From Candidatus Saccharimonadota bacterium (GTDB lineage: Bacteria > Patescibacteriota > Saccharimonadia > Saccharimonadales > Saccharimonadaceae), in the NCBI GenBank assembly GCA_001029695.1, contig CP011211.1, positions 630,001 through 662,000 of the forward strand: 32,000 bases of DNA, in the 5' to 3' direction. The position numbers and the translations under genes were made by a program. Below, in pieces: positions 1-7,731 of the stretch (positions are counted from its first letter, which is position 1; each line of letters starts with the position of its first letter). The notes beneath the pieces are model-generated. The model ran no database searches. It was not told the DNA's origin and saw only the letters and a list, made by a program, of their open reading frames with translations.

Positions 1-851
1 TACACTTTCATACGATCCTTATTAACCGAAAAAGCTAGCTTTGCTTTAATGTCGCTGTCCTTAAGACTTTCTGGTGGAATGTCACTCTTAAAGTCGAGCC
101 ATCCCATAACAATTCGCCCAGGAATCGTGTCGGTTTCTTTATCAACGGCAATATTCATCGGCTCTTTAAGGCGATTATTGAGTGTCGTCGCTAGTTCACG
201 GGCACGATCATCATCGACCGCAGCTGGTTTTTCGACAATCGATATCGTTACTTTGTTCTTTTCCGAATCAGAAGATGGCTTTACTTGAGCAAGTGCCTGC
301 TGAAACTGCGTTATATCACATTCACCACCAGGAGCGGACGGTACAAGCTGAAGTTGACTCTCAACTACCTTAAGCGTTGCATCACGTGGCTCGATACTAC
401 AACCGTCACCAACCTTACTTTGGGTATATGTCTCAATCTTTTTCTTATCATAAACATACTCCATATCATCTTCTTTTGGAGCAGTTCCTGCCCACAAAAA
501 AGACCCTGGGATGATACGTAAATAGAATGGATAGCTAATAGCCGCAAGTCGCGCCTCATTACTCACAGCTATCCCCATCTCACTCATTTTTGGCGCCTGA
601 AATGCTGCTTCATTTTTTCCAAAATAAATCTTTAGCGTCTGCTCGCCATATAAGTCATCAAGTTTTTTCGCTGCATCCGTACGCTTCATCCAGCCAAGCG
701 AAACGCCATCTACGTTTGCATTTGGCAGCATACGACTATTTGGGTACACGATCTGAAAGATGATAGTTCCTAAAATCAAGATACCGAAGAAGACGCCAAC
801 AAGCAGCTTCCAGTGTTGTTTCAACCAGTAATTTATTTGTAATGAGTTCAT
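1..851 (-). CDS. Membrane-anchored envelope protein, N-terminal 283 codons only (C-terminus lies beyond the left edge); paralog of the N-terminal half of the 893-2635 product
   Basis: The minus-strand frame opens at the ATG at 851-849, with an in-frame stop just upstream at 855-857. I checked it codon by codon and found no stop down to position 3. It is absent from the ORF track because its stop lies outside the window. It has an N-terminal TM helix (LLVGVFFGILILGTIIF). It is colinear by eye with the next gene: QIVYPNSR..DGVSLGW..RIIPGSFLWA versus QIFYPSDR..ETVSVGGW..RLIPTSLFWA, and CSIEPRDATLKVVESQLQL versus CDVAPKNASFVAKEGKLTL. Confidence 0.6.
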   Translation of the reverse strand, partial: MNSLQINYWLKQHWKLLVGVFFGILILGTIIFQIVYPNSRMLPNANVDGVSLGWMKRTDAAKKLDDLYGEQTLKIYFGKNEAAFQAPKMSEMGIAVSNEARLAAISYPFYLRIIPGSFLWAGTAPKEDDMEYVYDKKKIETYTQSKVGDGCSIEPRDATLKVVESQLQLVPSAPGGECDITQFQQALAQVKPSSDSEKNKVTISIVEKPAAVDDDRARELATTLNNRLKEPMNIAVDKETDTIPGRIVMGWLDFKSDIPPESLKDSDIKAKLAFSVNKDRMKV

Positions 852-892
852 ATATCACCAGTATACGTGGTGCTTATGCTTTTGTCATCATA

Positions 893-2635
893 CTATCGGG
901 CCCGCAAGGCTTCGATCTGCTTCGTTAAGTCTGCAATTGTCGCCCAACTACTCCCATCGGTCATAATCGAAAGTACTGCAGGGCCAGAAGGTGTATAGAT
1001 AATAGCCGCATCATGCAACAAACCATCTAAGAATCCCACTTTATCCGCCACTTGACTGCTTGTTCCTGCGGGTATGCCTTGTCGATATATATTCCTCTTC
1101 ATTGCACCCAGTAAACGAGTACGGCTATCTGCAGATAGCAATTGCCCTGACTCGAGACTCGCGTTAAAAGTGGAGAGGTCACCAGCTGTTGTTAACGGTA
1201 TATCGCCAAGAAACGAAGTGCCAGTTAGCCCTATACTCTTCATTTCATCAGTGATTGCACGAAATCCAATCTTCGTCAGTAATGCTTCAGCACAAGGATT
1301 ATCCGACTTAACAATCATATCGTCAAAACATTTCTCCAAATTACGTCCACCACTTACAGCATCTGACCATTTCCACGCCCCAGACTCAACACGCTTTAGT
1401 GTGGAATAGGCAACAAAAAGCTTATACGTACTAGCGGTACGAAATTGCTTTGTATCCTGATAGGCAGCTCGACGACGCTGACCTGATAGCTCAACGAGCG
1501 AGACTCCATACGTGCCCGGATGCGACTCAGCATACTGCTGTAAAAGTGCCGAAAGGCCGGTGTCTGTAGGACTATAGCTTCGACTGTACTCAATTTTCGG
1601 CTGCACGACTCGCACTGCCACATTTGCGCTTTCAGCTTTGGTTTGCAAAAAATCAGTAATATTCCGTACTGTTGCATCAAGATCCATCGCCTGACCCTTC
1701 ACGCCATCTTGACGAGACGTCTCTACGAAGTCCATTGTCGACACTTTGCTCACTCCAGCAGCGCGTGTCACTTTTGGCGCGGCGTCCTTGTTCAGCTTTG
1801 TAGATGCCCTCTCTGGATTCACGACAGCTTGAAGCACCTTGCCATCTGCCACAGGATCAATCCATGATGCAACTTCAGCTGCAGTCAGTGAGACTGTCGC
1901 ATCTCCAGCTCTTAGCGCAACACCTTCACCAAGACGCTCTGTCACTCTCTTAATCACTGCACTCGCTGCATCATCCGTAATCTCAGGGGCAATCGTCTTC
2001 ATTGGCACGCGTGCTATTGTCGATTGAGAAAGCGTAGGCTTTACCGCTAGCAACTGCTTATCGACATCTTCGCGTTTACACGTGCCGCCTTTTTCCGACT
2101 CAACAAGTGTAAGTTTTCCTTCTTTCGCGACGAAGCTTGCATTTTTAGGAGCAACATCACAGGATTCGCCTAGTTCTTTAGAGATATACTGCGCAACCCT
2201 CTTTGAATCAGAATGATATGAGGGTGGTATCGACGGAAGTGTCATGTGCGCCCAAAAAAGCGATGTTGGAATGAGTCGCATCCACCAAGAATAACCAGCA
2301 CTCTCAACGCGCGGTAAATTGTCTGTTTTGAGACCTATGTCAGCAGGCGCTATCTCTCGATAAGGGGTTTTGCTGTCACCAAAGAATAGCTGCACTTTCT
2401 TCACTTCGTACTGTCGATCAAGCTCCCAGCTTGCATCTTTTTTTAGCCAGCCACCGACAGAAACAGTTTCAATTTTAGTAAATGGCACGACCCTGTCGGA
2501 AGGATAAAATATCTGTACAACCAGTAGTAGACCAAGGACTACACCACCTCCGTATACGAGCGTCCGACGCCAGTTCTCGCCTACCCACCGCTTGATACTC
2601 TGCACTCTAGTGTTGAGACGCTTCATTGTATCCAT
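893..2635 (-). CDS. Membrane-anchored protein with a C-terminal class A beta-lactamase-like serine hydrolase domain
   Basis: 580-aa ORF with an N-terminal TM helix (LVYGGGVVLGLLLVVQIF). The C-terminal ~230 aa carry the serine-hydrolase motifs in canonical order: S-x-x-K (ASTYKLF), S-D-N (VKSDNPCAE), and a K-T-G-like K-V-G (ADKVGFLDG). Confidence 0.7.
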   Translation of the reverse strand: MDTMKRLNTRVQSIKRWVGENWRRTLVYGGGVVLGLLLVVQIFYPSDRVVPFTKIETVSVGGWLKKDASWELDRQYEVKKVQLFFGDSKTPYREIAPADIGLKTDNLPRVESAGYSWWMRLIPTSLFWAHMTLPSIPPSYHSDSKRVAQYISKELGESCDVAPKNASFVAKEGKLTLVESEKGGTCKREDVDKQLLAVKPTLSQSTIARVPMKTIAPEITDDAASAVIKRVTERLGEGVALRAGDATVSLTAAEVASWIDPVADGKVLQAVVNPERASTKLNKDAAPKVTRAAGVSKVSTMDFVETSRQDGVKGQAMDLDATVRNITDFLQTKAESANVAVRVVQPKIEYSRSYSPTDTGLSALLQQYAESHPGTYGVSLVELSGQRRRAAYQDTKQFRTASTYKLFVAYSTLKRVESGAWKWSDAVSGGRNLEKCFDDMIVKSDNPCAEALLTKIGFRAITDEMKSIGLTGTSFLGDIPLTTAGDLSTFNASLESGQLLSADSRTRLLGAMKRNIYRQGIPAGTSSQVADKVGFLDGLLHDAAIIYTPSGPAVLSIMTDGSSWATIADLTKQIEALRAR

Positions 2636-2650
2636 TATACATGGTCTTGG

Positions 2651-3007
2651 TTATGATTGTTTAGACCCCGTCTCCAGGATTGCATGCGCGCGCTCAAGTA
2701 AAGAACGGTCTTCACCCTCCGGTCTCCCCTCGATCTCGGACGCCAACCACTGTAAGTGCTTTGATTTACTCGGCTCAGATGAATCGAGTGATACCACTTC
2801 GATCGAACGAGCCGAATGATCACGCTTTTTTAAATAGCCCTTTATAATCAATCCATCAATATGACTTGCCACTGTCGAGACGGACTTGTATCCTAGTGCC
2901 CGCATAACTTCACGATAACTCGGACCATAGCCGTTGCCTTTTATAAAACCATCGATAAAAAGTAGCAACTCTCGCTGCTTCCTACTTGCTCTTGCGTCTT
3001 TTTCCAT
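2651..3007 (-). CDS. LexA-type winged-helix DNA-binding-domain-only transcription factor (no S24 peptidase domain)
   Basis: 118-aa ORF. RKQRELLLFIDGFIKGNGYGPSYREVMRALGYKSVSTVASHIDGLIIKGYLKK aligns with the LexA N-terminal domain (E. coli: [52 protein letters not shown]). The protein ends after a short acidic tail, with no Ala-Gly cleavage site and no Ser/Lys dyad region. Its start overlaps the upstream gene by 26 nt. Confidence 0.7.
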   Translation of the reverse strand: MEKDARASRKQRELLLFIDGFIKGNGYGPSYREVMRALGYKSVSTVASHIDGLIIKGYLKKRDHSARSIEVVSLDSSEPSKSKHLQWLASEIEGRPEGEDRSLLERAHAILETGSKQS

Positions 3008-4289
3008 ACACTCCTCCTAATACAATACCGGCCAACCCCCACCAGACAATACTTACCGTATCATCTACCCAGACTGGCTGCAGTAGCCCAATTACGGCAA
3101 GCCCTACTCCACTAGCAAGCACCCCAAGCGCCAACCAGTCTTCTTTTCGATGCCACAGTCGTTGAAGTATGAGACTAAAAAGCGCCATAAACAACGCCAA
3201 GCCTAACCACCCCGACTCATGAGCGATAAACAGATACTGATTTTCAATAATGAGCGGTTCATCACTATCAAGTGAGGCTGATCCAGTACTTCCTACGCCA
3301 GCCCCGAACGGCTGACGAATAAGTCGTGCAGTACCATCCTGTAGCGAATCGATATGCCCATCGTTTGACTTCGTAACACTCCCGCCTTGCGGATTTTCAT
3401 GAAGTATTACATTTGCCACAAAGTGACTATCTCGGGCAGCGAACAGTAGCCCCCCAATAATCCCCACTACTATAAACCCACCAATCCACACCTTCCGAGG
3501 TATCTTTTGGTAAAACCCAGCAGCAACTACTACACCAGCGGCGATACCAGTCGCACCAAGGGCACTTCGCGAATAACTCCACCAAAGTGCTACAAGGCTA
3601 CCGATAATAAGACTATAGAACACCACCTTTTGCCAGCCGACTAGCTTTTTATACATACCTGACACCGCTAGCGCACTACATAGAGCAAGCAAGATCATCG
3701 CATATGCACCAAGAGGATTTGGCCCACGAAGGGTGCTATTGATCCGGATGTAGTCATGGTTCATATCAACCGTTAGATACGGCATGATAGTTGTCTTTCC
3801 GTAGCCAATTATTGCGAGCACATCAGGGGGCAATACAAATACTTGCAGTACTGAAAACACCACAACAAACAATGCGCCTACTATACCGGTATATATAAAT
3901 ACTCTTCTATAGCCAGGAAAGAGGCGCAGCGTAGAGTACACTAGTACAAAAAATAGTACGTAGCGTAAATCAATAAACATACCCGCAATCGCAGCCCCCG
4001 CCCCCTGCCATAACGGAATGAGTAACATAAAATAGACTAACGCATATACTCCTGCAAGTCGTATCACCCAATCAGCAAAAATATCACTCCACTTATGTCT
4101 TCGGGAGAGAATACCGACAAGCAAAACGAGCGCCACGCCCATCAGCACTTCTTTCCATGCCTTTATGATCATCGATTGCTCTGGAAATACAGTACCGAGC
4201 CATATTGCCATCGGCGCATGCAGTACAATACCTCCGAAAATAACCAGAAGAAGGCTAACGAGAATTTTTTCGGCAGAGAATTTTTTCAT
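2982..4289 (-). CDS. O-antigen ligase / Wzy_C family polytopic membrane protein (ligase, polymerase or oligosaccharyltransferase)
   Basis: 435 aa with roughly 10-12 hydrophobic segments. It shows a Wzy_C-like core (WWSYSRSALGATGIAAGVV), then an extracytoplasmic loop (HENPQGGSVTKSNDGHIDSLQDG), then FIAHESGWLGLALF, which resembles the HN-x-y-L-E-x-G-x-x-G signature. Confidence 0.75.
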   Translation of the reverse strand: MKKFSAEKILVSLLLVIFGGIVLHAPMAIWLGTVFPEQSMIIKAWKEVLMGVALVLLVGILSRRHKWSDIFADWVIRLAGVYALVYFMLLIPLWQGAGAAIAGMFIDLRYVLFFVLVYSTLRLFPGYRRVFIYTGIVGALFVVVFSVLQVFVLPPDVLAIIGYGKTTIMPYLTVDMNHDYIRINSTLRGPNPLGAYAMILLALCSALAVSGMYKKLVGWQKVVFYSLIIGSLVALWWSYSRSALGATGIAAGVVVAAGFYQKIPRKVWIGGFIVVGIIGGLLFAARDSHFVANVILHENPQGGSVTKSNDGHIDSLQDGTARLIRQPFGAGVGSTGSASLDSDEPLIIENQYLFIAHESGWLGLALFMALFSLILQRLWHRKEDWLALGVLASGVGLAVIGLLQPVWVDDTVSIVWWGLAGIVLGGVYGKRRKSK

Positions 4290-4312
4290 CTATGCTCTTA
4301 GTATACCGTAGC

Positions 4313-4711
4313 TTATCGATCGGCGACGTCGATCGTGCCTACGATGTCGTACACCTCAGTATCAGCTGCAGGCGTATAGCCTCCAAACACCTCGATTGTC
4401 TCGCCAGTTTTCTGCACAATATCTTTTTGGTTTTTTACACCATAATAATAGCCGTCTCGATCTCGGACACCCAAGGCACATTCCTGCGTATGTGGAGTAT
4501 TTGTCTCACGTCGAGGCAGACAAATCACTTCGCCTTCAACCTTCGCTGTTTTCCGCTCGACCTGGACTGACGGTGACACCCATGTCGGCTTCTGGCTCCA
4601 AAGATGATCCGCAACAATAACAAGCAGCGCTAATACAAACAAAAGTAAAACAAGTCCGCTTACTATTAACCACTGTTTTTTAGGTGATACCTTATCTTGA
4701 GATCGTTTCAT
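4313..4711 (-). CDS. Small membrane-anchored protein of unknown function (first gene of the minus-strand operon)
   Basis: The ORF track opens at 4741. The ATG at 4711 (MKRSQDK...) is the more likely start because a TATTAT hexamer (revcomp of 4719-4724) lies 7 nt upstream of it. It has a single TM helix (WLIVSGLVLLLFVLALLVIV) and a ~95-aa beta-rich ectodomain with 2 Cys. I recognise no family. Confidence 0.5.
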   Translation of the reverse strand: MKRSQDKVSPKKQWLIVSGLVLLLFVLALLVIVADHLWSQKPTWVSPSVQVERKTAKVEGEVICLPRRETNTPHTQECALGVRDRDGYYYGVKNQKDIVQKTGETIEVFGGYTPAADTEVYDIVGTIDVADR

Positions 4712-4794
4712 ATGATTTATAATACCATAAGCAAAATACAAAAGAATGTATGACCCTGAAAATACAGTCTGCAGGCCTCACATCTTCCTGAAAA

Positions 4795-6252
4795 ATGGTA
4801 TACTATACTACATCTATGCCAACCAAAAATACAAAGTTCTACAGCCTCATACTAATCCTCGTAGACACGCTTGTTCTCCTTATCGCCTTTACCCTTGCAT
4901 ACGTTGCGCGCGTTACCCTAGATAGTCGTCCACTCGTCAATGAAGTATCGTCATACGAGTACCTATTTGCATTCCTAACCATCGTCCCATTCTGGATACT
5001 CATATTCGCAACAATCGGACTATACAATCCAAGTACCTACAATCGTAGACTCGTCGAGTGGTCAAAAATATTTATCGGTTCGTTTATTGGTATCTTACTG
5101 GTAATTGGGTGGGAGTATGTCAGCGATACCCATATATTCCCGGCGCGACTTGTTGCTGCGTACGCGTTTATTGGATCATTTCTTTTGATCATTTTCGAAC
5201 GAGAACTCCTTCGTCTTTACCGTAGCCTTATGTTTCGTTTTGGGCGCGGCGTCAGTAGAGTGCTCGTCATCGGAAACAGTCATGCAACTCGCGACATTGC
5301 CGATAACCTCTCTCACACCCACAAAAGTGGCTATAAGATCGTCGCTATTGCCGGACCCCAAAAAGTCCTACCAACAGGCATGGATGTCACGCATTTTACT
5401 TCTGTCGAAACAGCACTCAAGCACATAAGTGATTTGCAGATTACGACAATCATCCAGACTGACCTATACGACAGCGACGAACGCAATCAGCGCATTCTTG
5501 GCGCCGCTCAGACAAACCATATCAGCTACAGCTTCATACCTGGCGAGCCAGAGTTTTATGCCGGCAAAAATACAGTTGACGTCTTTCTTGGCTACCCTAT
5601 GATTTCCGTCAGTCAAACGCCCCTTATAGGCTGGGGAGCTATCGCAAAAGCAATCTTCGACACGATCATGTCATTCCTTGCAATCATCATTCTCTCACCA
5701 GTTTTCCTCATACTCATCATCCTACAGGCAATCTTGAATCCAGGACCAATCTTCTATGTCAGTAAGCGTCTTAGTCAGTTCTCAAAACCAGTCGATCTCA
5801 TCAAGTTTCGCAGCATGAGTGCAAAATACGGCAAAAAAGACGCAGCGCTGGAATTCGTAGATATGGGCCGAGAGGACTTAGCTACCGAGTACAGAGAGCA
5901 TCACAAAGTCACCAATGACCCACGTATCACCAGATTTGGTAGATTCCTTCGAAACACTTCTCTTGACGAGCTACCGCAGCTATTCAATGTCTTACGCGGT
6001 GATCTAAGTCTTGTCGGCCCTCGGCCTATTCTTCCTCAAGAAGCAAAGTTTTCACGCAGCCGCACGGCACTTCTTCATAGCGTAAAGTCTGGCGTCACCG
6101 GCCTATGGCAAGTGTCTGGACGAAGTAATCTCAGCTTCGAAGAGCGAATCGAATTGGAACTTTTTTATGCGCAAAACTGGAGCTTCTGGCTCGACATCAA
6201 GATTCTCTTCAAAACCATCGGAGTTGTCCTTCGTAAGCGAGGAGCTAAGTAG
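4795..6252 (+). CDS. Polyprenyl-phosphate glycosylphosphotransferase (WbaP / Bac_transf family initiating enzyme)
   Basis: 485 aa with four N-terminal TM helices, a central Rossmann-like region (RVLVIGNSHATRDIA), and a C-terminal Bac_transf catalytic domain. The catalytic domain has PIFYVSKR, DPRITRFGRFLRNTSLDELPQLFNVLRGDLSLVGPRP and SVKSGVTGLWQVSGRS. An alternative start is the ATG at 4816. Confidence 0.9.
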   Translation: MVYYTTSMPTKNTKFYSLILILVDTLVLLIAFTLAYVARVTLDSRPLVNEVSSYEYLFAFLTIVPFWILIFATIGLYNPSTYNRRLVEWSKIFIGSFIGILLVIGWEYVSDTHIFPARLVAAYAFIGSFLLIIFERELLRLYRSLMFRFGRGVSRVLVIGNSHATRDIADNLSHTHKSGYKIVAIAGPQKVLPTGMDVTHFTSVETALKHISDLQITTIIQTDLYDSDERNQRILGAAQTNHISYSFIPGEPEFYAGKNTVDVFLGYPMISVSQTPLIGWGAIAKAIFDTIMSFLAIIILSPVFLILIILQAILNPGPIFYVSKRLSQFSKPVDLIKFRSMSAKYGKKDAALEFVDMGREDLATEYREHHKVTNDPRITRFGRFLRNTSLDELPQLFNVLRGDLSLVGPRPILPQEAKFSRSRTALLHSVKSGVTGLWQVSGRSNLSFEERIELELFYAQNWSFWLDIKILFKTIGVVLRKRGAK

Positions 6253-6254
6253 TC

Positions 6255-7388
6255 ATGGCTGCCCCTAAAATAGCTATCGTTGCAGACTGGCTCACCAACA
6301 TGGGCGGCGCCGAAGAAGTCGTTCTCGCGCTCCATGAAGCATTTCCTGAAGCACCGATCTACACCAGCACTTACACACCGGAGACAATGCCGCGGTTTAA
6401 TAACCTCGACGTACGAACCACTAAGCTTCAAAATCTTCCGCGTGCGCTAAGAAAGCTACATAAGTTTTTTCCAATGCTCAGAGTGCGTGCCTTTCAAGAG
6501 CTTGATCTTTCAGAGTTCGATATCATCATCAGCAGCGCCAGCGCCGAAGCAAAGCAGATTAGAAAATCACGACCCGACCAAGTTCATATCTGCTACTGCC
6601 ACACTCCAATACGCTACTACTGGAGCCACTATAAAGAATATAAGAAAGATCCCGGTTTCGGTAAGTTGAATCTCCTCGTTCGAGCAACTATGCCCTTTCT
6701 TGTCCCGCCATTAAAAAAGGCCGACTATACTGCCGCACAGAACGTCGATGTCTTTATCGCTAATTCGGCTGAAGTTCAAAAACGTATTAAAACATACTAC
6801 GACAAGCCTTCTACTATCATTCACCCGCCCGCAGACGTCAACCGCTTCACGCCAAGCCGAACTCGCGGAGACTATTACGTTGCGCTTGGCCGACAAGTGC
6901 CCTATAAGCGCATCGACCTTGCTGTTGTCGCAGCGACTAAGCTAGGCGTAAAACTAAAGGTATTTGGCAATGGTAGCGCCCATAACGATCTTGTTTCAAT
7001 CGCTGGACCGACTGTCGAGTTTCATACAGATAGATTCGGAGACGCTTCAGATGATGCCGTCACTGAAGCGCTAAACAGTGCTAAAGGCTTTATCTTCCCG
7101 ACCGAAGAAGACTTCGGTATCGTTCAAGTCGAGGCACTCGCCGCCGGTGCACCGGTTATCGCCTATGGCAAAGGCGGCACGCTCGATATCGTCCAAGATG
7201 GAGAAAGCGGCGTTCTCTTTCAGGAGCAAACTACCGACGCCGTCGCTGCAGCCATCGAGAAGGCTGAAGCACTTACTTTTATGCCAGCAACTCTTCAGCG
7301 CAAAGCTAAACGATTCGATAAGTCACTTTTTATCAGTAAGATGCGTAAAATCGTTAGCGATGAATATTCTAAAAAAAGACGACCATAA
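6255..7388 (+). CDS. GT4-family (GT-B) glycosyltransferase
   Basis: 377 aa beginning 3 nt after the PGT stop. It has the N-terminal IAIVADWLTNMGGAEEVV motif and the E-x7-E motif region FPTEEDFGIVQVEALAAGAPVIAYGKGG. Confidence 0.85.
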   Translation: MAAPKIAIVADWLTNMGGAEEVVLALHEAFPEAPIYTSTYTPETMPRFNNLDVRTTKLQNLPRALRKLHKFFPMLRVRAFQELDLSEFDIIISSASAEAKQIRKSRPDQVHICYCHTPIRYYWSHYKEYKKDPGFGKLNLLVRATMPFLVPPLKKADYTAAQNVDVFIANSAEVQKRIKTYYDKPSTIIHPPADVNRFTPSRTRGDYYVALGRQVPYKRIDLAVVAATKLGVKLKVFGNGSAHNDLVSIAGPTVEFHTDRFGDASDDAVTEALNSAKGFIFPTEEDFGIVQVEALAAGAPVIAYGKGGTLDIVQDGESGVLFQEQTTDAVAAAIEKAEALTFMPATLQRKAKRFDKSLFISKMRKIVSDEYSKKRRP

Positions 7389-7417
7389 TAGGCCACCTTT
7401 TCATCAGGACAGATATT

Positions 7418-7501
7418 TTACTCGACAGTTACACTCTTAGCAAGATTACGTGGCTGATCCACGTCATTTCCTCGCGCCACTGTCACATAGTAAGCAAATA
7501 G
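7418..7501 (-). pseudogene. glmS: Orphan 3'-terminal fragment of glmS (last 27 codons plus stop), with no gene body
   Basis: The minus-strand translation of 7501->7418 is [27 protein letters not shown]. The last 15 residues are identical to the E. coli GlmS C-terminus (...[27 protein letters not shown]). An in-frame TAG lies immediately upstream (revcomp of 7502-7504), and a second stop lies 8 codons further up. Confidence 0.75.
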
Positions 7502-7731
7502 CTACATAAAAACACAAAGCTTGAGCTATAACCATTCATTTACGTGCACGACAAGCACTTACCGTAAGTTCCACTACTGATCTGTGAGATCATCGTAAAG
7601 GTCTTTTGGTTTTTTTGATAATACCATTCATTGATATACCAGACTAGATAGTCGTTTATGTACCCCACCCAATATGCAACACCTTACGGTACACTTGGAT
7701 TAATACATCCTGTGTAAGGCTAAGTCTACAC

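Noticed and set aside
1074-1409. Numerous 60-130-aa ORFs in the track lie inside or antisense to long genes. Examples are 1074-1409 +, 1839-2027 +, 4095-4301 +, 15171-15413 +, 19941-20309 +, 23318-23692 +, 26245-26553 +, 29583-29969 - and 29834-30139 +.
   Set aside because: Each is fully nested in a long ORF that has strong family motifs. Their translations are low-complexity or Ser/Arg/Leu-rich, as is typical of shadow frames. None has its own ribosome-binding site or intergenic context.
4756-4767. CTGAAAATACAG in the divergent promoter region, considered as a possible SOS/LexA box for the LexA-like protein.
   Set aside because: Only the 3-bp ends are palindromic and the spacing is CTG-N6-CAG, not CTG-N10-CAG. 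No GAAC-N4-GTTC (Cheo-type) box is present nearby.
7078-7440. A 120-aa plus-strand ORF overlaps the 3' end of the GT4 gene and extends into the spacer, running antisense over the glmS relic stop.
   Set aside because: It is in an alternative frame of a well-supported GT4 gene and has no recognisable motifs. The extension into the spacer is explained by the absence of stops over a short distance.
7389-7731. glmS ribozyme, tRNA or other structured RNA in the long spacer, and Tn7 end sequences downstream of the glmS relic.
   Set aside because: The glmS ribozyme lies 5' of glmS, not at its 3' tail. I could not find a cloverleaf or conserved ribozyme core by eye. The 29 nt between the relic stop and the GT4 stop show no Tn7-like terminal repeats, and no tns-like genes are present in the window.
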